Assembly (NCBI GenBank): GCA_965644295.1
Contig: CBFFRP010000168.1
Coordinates: forward strand, 58,640 to 122,639
Reading direction: 5' to 3'
Length of the DNA: 64,000 nt
From: Paraphysomonas bandaiensis
Lineage: Eukaryota > Protista > Chrysophyceae
The translations under genes and the position numbers were made by a program. The notes beneath the pieces are model-generated. The model had not been told where the DNA came from and did not search any database. It worked only from the letters and a program-made list of their open reading frames with translations. Of this stretch, positions 25,984 through 36,701 are shown piece by piece. Positions within the stretch are counted from its first letter, which is position 1, and the number at the start of each line of letters is the position of its first letter.

Positions 25984-28964
25984 TCATATAAAAATATTAA
26001 TATTCGTCATCTTTGACATCTGTTGTTTCGTTTGTTGTTTTATGATCAAAACGTCTTCTTCTCTTATGACGTCTATGATATCTTCTTTCAAAAGTTGTTG
26101 ACTGTAAGAGTCATAGTTGCTCAAATCATCTGGTATAGAGTAGAATGTTTCGTCCAACAGTGTTTCGTCGAACAGTGTTTCGTCGAAAAGGCTACTCCAT
26201 CTTCCGGTTTCCGCTGTATTTTCATTTTCGTCAGATGAACATGATTGGCATCGAATGTTATTTGTCACATTCACCGAATTCATTCCATCGTTTATTTCTT
26301 TCCCAGAATTATTATATTTAGAGCGTTTATTATTGGTTTTGTTTTCTTTAATTCGCAACACGTCATTTTCTTGTGTGCGATTTTCATCAATTAGTAAAAA
26401 ATCATTCTGCTTGCGCTTGGTATGCCTCACAGGTGTGCGATGCAATTCAGATTCAGAGGAGAATGTTTGGTTGAATGAGTTACTCCCACTTTCGGTTTCC
26501 ACTGAAGTTTGGTCTTCGTCAGATGAAGCAGAAGAGTATTCAGGGGTACTCTCAAAATTATTGTCGCTCAAATCATCCCATTCAATTCCGGAGGACAATG
26601 TTTGGTTGGATGAGTTACTCCCACTTTCGGTTTTTATTGTACTGTCAAAGTCATTGTCGCTCAAATCATCCCATTCAAATCCGGAGGACAATGTTTGGTT
26701 GGATGAGTTACTCCCACTTTCGGTTTCCACTGAAGTTTGGTCTTCGTCAGATGAAGCAGAAGAGTATTCAGGGGTACTCTCAAAATTATTGTCGCTCAAA
26801 TCATCCCATTCAAATCCGGAGGACAATGTTTGGTTGGATGAGTTACTCCCAATTTCGGTTTTTATTGTACTGTCAAAGTCATTGTCGCTAAAATCATCCC
26901 ATTCAAATCCGGAGGACAATGTTTGGTTGGATGAGTTACTCCCACTTTCGGTTTCCACTGAAGTTTGGTCTTCGTCAGATGAAGCAGAAGAGTATTCAGG
27001 GGTACTCTCAAAATTATTGTCGCTCAAATCATCCCATTCAAATCCGGAGGACAATGTTTGGTTGGATGAGTTACTCCCAATTTCGGTTTTTATTGTACTG
27101 TCAAAGTCATTGTCGCTAAAATCATCCCATTCAATTCCGGAGGACAATGTTTGGTTGGATGAGTTACTCCCACTTTCGGTTTTTATTGTACTGTCAAAGT
27201 CATTGTCGCTCAAATCATCCCATTCAAATCCGGAGGACAATGTTTGGTTGGATGAGTTACTCCCACTTTCGGTTTCCACTGAAGTTTGGTCTTCGTCAGA
27301 TGAAGCAGAAGAGTATTCAGGGGTACTCTCAAAATTATTGTCGCTCAAATCATCCCATTCAATTCCGGAGGACAATGTTTGGTTGGATGAGTTACTCCCA
27401 CTTTCGGTTTTTATTGTACTGTCAAAGTCATTGTCGCTCAAATCATCCCATTCAAATCCGGAGGACAATGTTTGGTTGGATGAGTTACTCCCACTTTCGG
27501 TTTCCACTGAAGTTTGGTCTTCGTCAGATGAAGCAGAAGAGTATTCAGGGGTACTCTCAAAATTATTGTCGCTAAAATCATCCCATTCAAATCCGGAGGA
27601 CAATGTTTGGTTGGATGAGTTACTCCCACTTTCGGTTTCCACTGAAGTTTGGTCTTCGTCAGATGAAGCAGAAGAGTATTCAGGGGTACTCTCAAAATTA
27701 TTGTCGCTCAAATCATTCAGTACAGATCCAGAGGAGAATATTTGGTTGGATGAGTTACTCCCACTTTCGGTTTCCACTGAAGTTTGGTCTTCGTCAGATG
27801 AAGCAGAAGAGTATTCAGGGGTACTCTCAAAGTTATTGTCGCTCAAATCATTCAGTGCAGATCCAGAGGAGAATGTTTGGTGGCATGAGTTACTCCCACT
27901 TTCGGTTTCCACTGAAGTTTGGTCTTCGTCAGATGAAGCAGAAGAGTATTCAGGGGTACTCTCAAAATTATTGTCGCTCAAATCATTCAGTACAGATCCA
28001 GAGGAGAATGTTTGGTGGCATGTGTTACTCCCACTTTCGGATTCCACTGTGGATTCTATTTCGTCAGATGAACTTGATTGGTGTCGACTGCCATTTTCTT
28101 GTGTAAGATTTTCATCATTTTGAGTTCTTGATCTGCTGGGCCTGTTCATCACGGTCATGGGAGGCAATTCTGTAGGTCCAACGCCAGAGCATTGAGCCAC
28201 AATACGAACCACAACATTTTTCTGAGGAACTTGTTTATTAGACCCCGTCTTTATTGGCTCCACTCTGAATTGCATAGTGCACTTCCCATTTCTAAGAGGT
28301 ACTTGTTTGTCTGGTTTAACCACAGTTCTCTCGGTATCGTTGCATTGAGCACTGCACAGCACGCCTTCGAGCGACGTATCGTTTATCGCATTTCCACTCC
28401 TATCTATGATACTGACATCGACCGTGATGCAATTTCTCTTGTTTTTTGTATAAAACACGCGCGAAATGTCTGTGATGTTATCAACATGTAGTTTTGCCCG
28501 TATGACGCGATATGTTCTGCATGACTCACAACTCAGGCGGCCATCGATGGTCCTCGCATGTATACGAAAACTCCTGCCAATAGTCTTTACTGTAACCGGA
28601 AACTCAACATAACCTTCAGGGGGAATGGTTACACTTCGTGTCTCTTCCATCTCCTGTATGTATAGTTATATGAGGGAAGATAAGGGTGAGAGAGGTTTGA
28701 TCCGCACCAGTCTACAGTTCGGATCAGATGCGTCCACAATCTCCACTTCCGTGGGAATACTATCCCTGAGGAATATACAATATGAGCATAGTAGCAACAG
28801 CAACAGTGTTATATTGATGAGATGCACCTGCTGCGTAGTAAAATGGAGCCTTCCTCTGTGCTTCTGACGTGAGACAATTCGACACGAATCGCATCGCCCA
28901 TAAACACAAACTCCTCTTCATGTGATTCATAACCAGGTGTTGTTATGTTCAAGCCTTCTGTCAT
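25984..28964 (-). CDS. Gene X copy 2: unknown protein with a beta-rich N-terminal domain and an expanded Ser/acidic repeat region; exons 28964-28828, 28765-28708, 28653-25984
   Basis: Two in-frame GT-AG introns give MTEGLNITTPG...RSRDSIPTEV...CRLEMEETR. The same structure is conserved in copy 3. Confidence 0.75.
26450..28010 (-). repeat. Coding tandem repeat of 135-bp (A, 45 aa) and 93-bp (B, 31 aa) units, order AAAABABBABABA (N to C)
   Basis: A = DLSDNNFESTPEYSSASSDEDQTSVETESGSNSSNQTLSSGFEWD; B = DLSDNDFDSTIKTESGSNSSNQTLSSGIEWD. Confidence 0.9.
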
Positions 28965-31900
28965 TATGGTGGGTATTGATTACTATGAAATGCAGTCGAC
29001 TTATGGAGAGGAGAGTTATACGTGGATTGCACAGACTGCTGCACGCACAGTTCTAGAGTTGCTGCACACGCACTCTCAGAACAAATAAAAGAGCGTATCT
29101 TTCAGAGACATCTGAGCTGAAAACTACGAACCATTTAAAAACTACCATTTTCGATCACTGAATTTTCAAAATTCTGCATTTTTGTGTTTATAGACACAGT
29201 ACTGGATATATATATGTGATAGAATTCCTGGAATTGTGAATTCTTGATTTTCTCTTCATTCTTGCCAATGTGTGATCTAAAATGGGAGTTTTTATACCAT
29301 ATATACTGGATTTCTATATATAAACATACAGTACATGTATATAGAGTACCTACTCACATTGTACACATACATTCCACGACATAGTACCATAGTACTCGTG
29401 CTGTGGTACTCTCAGTGTAGTGCTTACACACATACCTCCTTTACGTACACACATACACATACACATACACACATACACATAACACATACACATACACATA
29501 ACACATACACATAGAGCAGCATCATAGACACATACACAGAGAGCAGCAACACATGCACATAGAGCAGCATACACACCACAGTAAGAAGCGGTGGGGTCCC
29601 TAATGCCGATCTCAGTTTCTATCCACTGCTCTCACTGATTCTTCACAAGGTCATCAGATGATTGTGGAGGAGAGCGGAGTCCAGACTACTGCCTTCTAAT
29701 CACATCGCCTCAGCTTATATCCTTAAGAAGAGCTGCATCACCCCTCCAGCAAGAGTATATGCTGAGGACCACACCCTCGAGCATCACTGACTTGTATGCC
29801 TGCTGGAGTAGCAGAGTGATATGAGTATGCAATGGAGGATGATGAAGCCGTTGAGGGGGAGGAGCCCTTCGTTCCTGGTGGTGTCAGTGGCTTGCCCAGA
29901 TGGTCCAGAAGATCAGAAGTCATATATAGTTATGGCGACTATCACCACTCTCAATATTACCTCTAGACTCATCCCAGTAGTATTGCCACAGGATCTTGTC
30001 CTGCTCATCTAGAGCTATGTCTTCATAATACATAGTACCATGTAGCGAACACGTTGACTAATATCAGCGCAGGGATGGGACGATGTGTATGCCTCAGTTA
30101 CTTGCGGTCCTACGTCATCAATCAGTGTCCTCTGAGTACTGGTCAGAGGATACTCCCCTTGAATCCGCATGCATTATATCCCCACAGTATCAGTTCAATA
30201 TATTGTCAATAGCGATATGGTCTTGTTAACTACATATGCTTCTGTCATGCCTGTAGAGTACTGTTAACATATAATTACAGTGTACAGTAGAGCAGTACTG
30301 TTTATTGTAAACCGGTTACTGTACATTTTACTGTTGACTTTTACGGCTAATAAATGTGAATTGATCGTGTCTGCCTATTGTCACATTGATTATTTACTCA
30401 ACTGTAGTTTGTCTTGTTCAGTAATTTCCATTAGTTTATTATTTATTGTTTATTGCTGCAACAGATCTGGATAGTGACAATTCCTTATATCTTATATTAA
30501 CTAAAATGAAATAAAGTAGCACTGTCATGATAGATAATATTGGTCTATATATATGATCTAGAGACCGAGCAAGCGCTAGACTAGAGGCTAGGCGATGATA
30601 GATAAACACCAATAGTATACTATGAGTACTGCTTTTATTCCAAGACCTATATGAGTTTTTACAAGAACAGGACACAAACATGTAAGTAACGCCGTAGTAT
30701 TATGCAGTGATTATGTGATTATATCAGATTCTTAAGCTTGTATAAATTACTAACACATTGTACTAATCATATTATAAAAACATTAATATTCGTCATCTTT
30801 GATGCCCCATATTGACAGCGTAACTAATTACTGCGTGCGGCCCCCTAGTGGGTGCGGCTGAGTGCTGCTGCGATTGCTCGCCTCTACCTATGTACACATT
30901 GCTTAGTTAAGCACTACCCCACCCGGGGTCTCACTGCATATTCAGCGCTGAATACCATGTGATAATGATGTAGCTAGTTGGGTTCAGTAGGTAGCTAGCA
31001 AATAACGTATGGGACTTAAATCAAATATTAGTTAGGTACCCACCCGACCCCCATCCGAATCTACCTAAGTACGCGCTCAGAATGGGGCATCTGCTGCATT
31101 TACTATACAAGTCCATGCATCACTTAGATATTTAGGTTTCTGTTCACGAATCCACTCCAGTACATGTAAGTGTCCACCCCGAGCAGCTGCCACGATGCAA
31201 GTCCATGCATCCCATTGACATGGAGGGTCCTGTGAACGAAGCCACTTCAGTTCATCTACGTATCCACCCCTAGCAGCAGCGGCGCAAGTGTCTTTACTCC
31301 AAGGACATGGAGGGTCCTGTTTACGAAGCCACTGCAGTACCTGCAAGTGCCCACCCTCTGCAGCAGCAGTGCAAGTCTGTGCATTCCAGGGGCATTCAGG
31401 TTTATGTGAACGAAGCCACTGCAATACCTGCAAGTGTCCACGGACATGGAGGGTCATGTGAACGAAGCCATCTCAGAATAGCCAAGTGTCCACCCATAGC
31501 AGCCTTAACGCAAGTCTCTTTATCAATTAGACATTTAGGTTTCTGTTCACGAATCCAATCCAGAACATCGAATTGTTCATCCCGAGTAGCAGCCACGATG
31601 CAAGTCCATGAATCCCATGGACATGGAGGGTCCTGTGAACGAAGCCACTGCAGTATATTCTAGTGACTACCACTAGCAGCAGCTTCGCAAGTCCGTTCAT
31701 TCCAGGGACATGGAGGGTCCTGTGAACGAAGCCACTGCAGTACCTTCAAGTGACCACCATTAGCAGCAGCTTCGCAAGTCCGTTCATTCCAGGGACATGG
31801 AGGGTGCTGTGAACGAAGCCACTGCAGTACCTGCAAGTGACCACCATTAGCAGCAGCTTCGCAAGTCCGTTCATTCCAGGGACATGGAGGGTCCTGTGAA

Positions 31901-33767
31901 CGAAGCCACTGCAGTACCTGCAAGTGACCACCATTAGCAGCAGCTTCGCAAGTATCTTCATTCCAGGGACATGGAGGGTCCTGTGAACGAAGCCACTGCA
32001 GTACCTGCAAGTGACCACCATTAGCAGCAGCTTTGATGCAAGTCCGTTCATTCCAGGGACATGGAGGGTCCTGTGAACGAAGCCACTGCAATACCTGCAA
32101 GTGACCACCATTAGCAGCAGCTTCGCAAGTCCGTTCATTCCAGGGACATGGAGGGTCCTGGTCACGAAGCCACTGCAATACCTGCAAGTGACCACCTCTA
32201 GCAGCAGCTAGGCAAGTCCGTTCATTCCAGGGACATGGAGGGTCCTGTGAACGAAGCCACTGCAGTACCTTCAAGTGACCACCATTAGCAGCAGCTTCGC
32301 AAGTCCGTTCATTCCAGGGACATGGAGGGTGCTGTGAACGAAGCCACTGCAGTACCTGCAAGTGACCACCATTAGCAGCAGCTTCGCAAGTCCGTTCATT
32401 CCAGGGACATGGAGGGTCCTGTGAACGAAGCCACTGCAGTACCTGCAAGTGACCACCATTAGCAGCAGCTTCGCAAGTATCTTCATTCCAGGGACATGGA
32501 GGGTCCTGTGAACGAAGCCACTGCAGTACCTGCAAGTGACCACCATTAGCAGCAGCTTTGATGCAAGTCCGTTCATTCCAGGGACATGGAGGGTCCTGTG
32601 AACGAAGCCACTGCAATACCTGCAAGTGACCACCATTAGCAGCAGCTTCGCAAGTCCGTTCATTCCAGGGACATGGAGGGTCCTGGTCACGAAGCCACTG
32701 CAATACCTGCAAGTGACCACCATTAGCAGCAGCTTCGCAAGTATCTTCATTCCAGGGACATGGAGGGTCCTGTGAACGAAGCCACTGCAGTACCTGCAAG
32801 TGACCACCATTAGCAGCAGCTTTGATGCAAGTCCGTTCATTCCAGGGACATGGAGGGTCCTGTGAACGAAGCCACTGCAGTACCTGCAAGTGACCACCAT
32901 TAGCAGCAGCTTCGCAAGTATCTTCATTCCAGGGACATGGAGGGTCCTGGTCACGAAGCCACTGCAATACCTGCAAGTGACCACCATTAGCAGCAGCTTC
33001 GCAAGTATCTTCATTCCAGGGACATGGAGGTGTCACGCAGCAGTATACACTGCGTGTATTTGTATATAGAATACTGTGCTGTATATAGTGTGTATATATC
33101 GTATATATCTGGAGCAGTATATGGTATATATATGGTATACATATGCATATAGAGGTTGTCATATACAGGGTATATTCACTGTATTTGGGACTTACCTTTA
33201 TCAGTTTACGACATTCGAGGTTTTCAGTTTAGTAGCTGAGATACGTTTTTCAGTTTCTGACGGCGATTCACATTTGATTTGGACTGAAGTCCAGAACTTC
33301 GAAGTTTTAGTACAAAATACGTGATTTCGTAAATAGTCGAAGTTTTCGTATGTGAATATTGGTTTTAGTACGTGAATATTGTTTTTCGAGTGTGAAGTGT
33401 TGATCGTAGTGTAGTGTTGATCTACGTTGAACGAGATGGGTGTTTGCTCATTCTTGTCACTGACTTTATAATTTACTTTTCTTAAAGAGCACCTACGGTT
33501 TGTTAGTGTTTCTGGCAGTGCGCCCGTCGTTGCGCCCTGGACAGTATCGCAGCCCGCTGGCGGATACTATTTTGGTGGGTTGTAGAGTCTAGACAAGAGA
33601 TCATCTTTTCTTGGTCCATTCAGAGTTGAGTCACGGTTTGTGAGTCATCTGCGGGCACAGAAAAGTTACAGTAATATTACTTAGCTTAGCTTAGCAGTAT
33701 ATTTGTACCAAGTTAATATATATTGAGCCCAAGAGATAAGTGTGTTTAGTTTTCGTGTGATTGAGCC

Positions 33768-34784
33768 ATGGAGCCTCAAGGCTTCCAAGACATGGTCAAC
33801 ATGTTCAGTCAACAATTTCAGCAACTAAGAGACGAGCTTCGGGATGAGATTCAACAGCAAAATCAGCAGCTTCGGGAGGACATGCATCAGCTTAATCAGC
33901 AACAGCTAAGGCAGGAGGAGAATTTCAATGAGTTTCGAGTGGAAATTACTCAACGTCTTACAGCAGTCGAAGAGATAAGATCTCGGAGGACTTCACCAGT
34001 AGCTTCAGTTGTTTCCAAAGAAAAAGTTTCACCTCTTCCTGTAAAGGAAATTTCCCAAATTCCATTTGATGATTCAAAAGTCAAGGAAGTTGTTTGTGTT
34101 GTGAATCAGCCTTCGGATGTTCATATTGAGAGTATCAATTCTGCCAAGGTGGAGCCTTTGTTAATGCAAGATATTGTTGTCTCTGATATTATGGAATTAC
34201 CTGCTGAGGTGGAGAATAGTTTTTCAGTGTTTCCTGATTCTTATGATAAGGATTCAAATTCCCCTCAGAACGTGAACTCAGTCGTGGAATGCCCTGTTAT
34301 GTGTGTCAAGGAACAGTGCATTAGCCCCGTGCATGTTGAGTCAGATGTTGTGATACTTGTTGAGGAGATGATAAGCAATGTTGTCTCAAAGATTGATCAG
34401 GAGCAGCAGATCGATGGACCTGTTGTGCAATTCAATGGTTGTTCTTCTGTACCGGTTGTTTCAGTGAATCAGCTTTCACATGAGGAACCTACTGTCAAGG
34501 ACGATATTGGCTGTGATTCATCTGTTGTCTCAATCGTTCAATTAGCAATGTCAAATGCCATGGTTGCTAGTGGTACATTGATTCCATTAAGTTATTGTGC
34601 AGTGCTAGGACAGATTATGGAAGAGCATGTTGTGTTGTCATTGAGTCAGCTTGAAGTGGTCAGTTTTATTTACTGTAAGATGATGGTTGAGAAACTAAGC
34701 GTGTGTTTTAAAGAACTTGTGTTGTGCGATGAGCATGGTCCTGGACCGCCTATTGCCAAATCGGTGTGTCTTTTTCAATTCTAA
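33768..34784 (+). CDS. G1 ORF1, gag-position protein with N-terminal coiled coil
   Basis: First ORF after the 5' LTR; Q/E-rich heptads; no zinc knuckle visible. Confidence 0.55.
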   Translation: MEPQGFQDMVNMFSQQFQQLRDELRDEIQQQNQQLREDMHQLNQQQLRQEENFNEFRVEITQRLTAVEEIRSRRTSPVASVVSKEKVSPLPVKEISQIPFDDSKVKEVVCVVNQPSDVHIESINSAKVEPLLMQDIVVSDIMELPAEVENSFSVFPDSYDKDSNSPQNVNSVVECPVMCVKEQCISPVHVESDVVILVEEMISNVVSKIDQEQQIDGPVVQFNGCSSVPVVSVNQLSHEEPTVKDDIGCDSSVVSIVQLAMSNAMVASGTLIPLSYCAVLGQIMEEHVVLSLSQLEVVSFIYCKMMVEKLSVCFKELVLCDEHGPGPPIAKSVCLFQF

Positions 34785-36701
34785 GTTCAACCTGTTGGAA
34801 TAATGAAATGTGGTTGTACCAGATGTTGATGTTGTATTACTAATGGAGTTACATTATCATCAGTGTGCCTATTCATTTCATTTCGGTTTGGATGTGAGAT
34901 AGTATTGTATTGTAACGAATGTCTTCATGAGTTTCTTTCTCAGAGGATTCGTTGTGCAATGCTTGCGATGGAGAGATTGTATTGTATTGTAAATATTTTG
35001 TCCGATATTTTGTCAGTTCAAATTCAGTTTGTTGTGATGAGTGTCTACATGGGAGTCAATTCGAACATATGTTGTCAGTGAATACTATGTTCTTAGAATC
35101 AAGTGTGTGTTGAGCAGAGAAGCTAGTCAACAGCAGTTTGTTGTGGAGTGTCTACATGGGGTGCAGTGTTCAAATCATTGAGTGATGTTTCATGGCGTCA
35201 ATGTGAATGTGTTCGATGTGGATGCGAGAGTCAGTTGTGAATTTGTATCATATTTTATGTTCATATATATTAAGATATTGTAGAAGCAAGGCCGATGGAG
35301 TTTTCTTTGTATTCCTGGAATGGAGAGTTCAATGAGCCTGTGTTTCAAATTGTACAGATTCGACATACGTGATATCATTTTACCTATACTATATACCGAT
35401 GATACTTATATATAATACTATATATTGTATAATCGAGAGTGAGCTATTCAATATTAGCGATTGTTTCTTTTCTGGTTCAGTTTGATTTATTTGTTGTTCA
35501 ATAATTTCGATGAGATATATATGATTAATGTTTTCGATTTGAGAGTCCATTACTATTGAGTTGTTCAATTGTTTGAAGTTCAGATTTGTTTTGAGAGTTG
35601 AAGTTTGTGTTTTGCAAAGTGAGGTGTCAAAGTACTAAAGTTGTATTGAGTTAGACTGAGAGTTAAGAGCGAAAATTCTGTCAGTGAGTTCAATAGTATG
35701 TTGGCCAATGATGTACTGTCATACTGTTTAATTTCATTTCAATGATGGTTGCAAGAGGAGTTTCTGAAGTTTGTTGAAAATGTTTCAAACGTGTTACAGA
35801 TTAAATGGGAGTCATCTTGTCAAATTACGTGAATCTTCTCGTGACATTATCGTTTATAAGTTTTCCAAGCTGGATACATTGTTCGATGATATACATAGTT
35901 CATTTTGTGGACAGTGTTGTTGCACATGTGTTTTGTATTGTGCTGCAATTGTATTGAAAGAGTTTGAATGTCTATTGCCAATTGCAATTTTGAATCAAGT
36001 GAGAGCAGATTCTTCTGTGAGGGAGTGTTTTTGATATTCATTGTTCTTCATCAGGAGTTATCTCCGATTACATTGCTTGTCAGTATGGTGGTGATATTGT
36101 GAGGTTCAGAATGTGATGCGAGTGAAAGTGATGTTTTCTTCAAAAGACAAGAGAGATGTTGTTAGTTTTTTCAACGGTTCTTTGCATTTAAACTTGAAGT
36201 GTTGAGTACAAGAAGGTTACTGAGAATATTTTGTTCGGTGGTATCTAAACTTCCAGAGTGCTATTGTGATGGTATTTGAAATGTACCTACAATTTTGAAT
36301 TCCTTGATTCAAAATAAGTTGTTTGAGTTTGATGATATTATATTATATTCTTGGAATGTAAAATTCTTTCGAGGTTGTCACTTCTCAAACAGTTCAGGGT
36401 AATGAGTGAGATCCTGTGTCAGCGATGTGATAGAAAGTCTGTTGTTCGAACTCTAATGTCAGAGAACTATCAGATGCTATGTACTCCTGAGTTGAAAATT
36501 GATTCTATGAGTGTATCAAAACTGGTTGTTATACATTGTTCTGAGTAACTATGTGGGAATCAATGAGTCAAAATTCAACATGGAAGTTCTGCAGTTAACT
36601 TGATGTTTTTTTATAATTTCCAGGTTTCCTTTTCCATGTAAGTGTTCTACAGATTTCCAGTCGACAAAAAAGGCTATCTATGATGTGGGTATTGAGCCTG
36701 T

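Larger units (their letters stand above)
24980..29335. repeat. Segmental duplication unit A; units B 29561-~42030 and C 42391-~46080
   Basis: Shared ~1-1.2 kb left flank (GGAGTCCAGACTACTGCCTTCT ... AATATTCGTCATCTTTGA) and shared ~200-bp right flank starting TTTCAGAGACATCTGAGCTGAAAACTAC (about 29100, 41801, 45905). Confidence 0.85.

Noticed and set aside
26255-28123. 622-aa plus-strand ORF and other overlapping ORFs in the repeat regions
   Set aside because: Antisense or alternate-frame shadows of in-frame tandem repeats; the spliced minus-strand gene is conserved across three copies.
30939-30954. 16-bp palindrome TATTCAGCGCTGAATA downstream of the ankyrin gene as a Helitron end or recombination site
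   Set aside because: Single occurrence, not at the homology breakpoint (about 30802), and no matching terminus was identified.
33076-33324. 82-aa ORF duplicated at 38982-39230, and the MTTSICIC start of ORF 31660-33162
   Set aside because: Chance reading frames inside the G1 LTRs.
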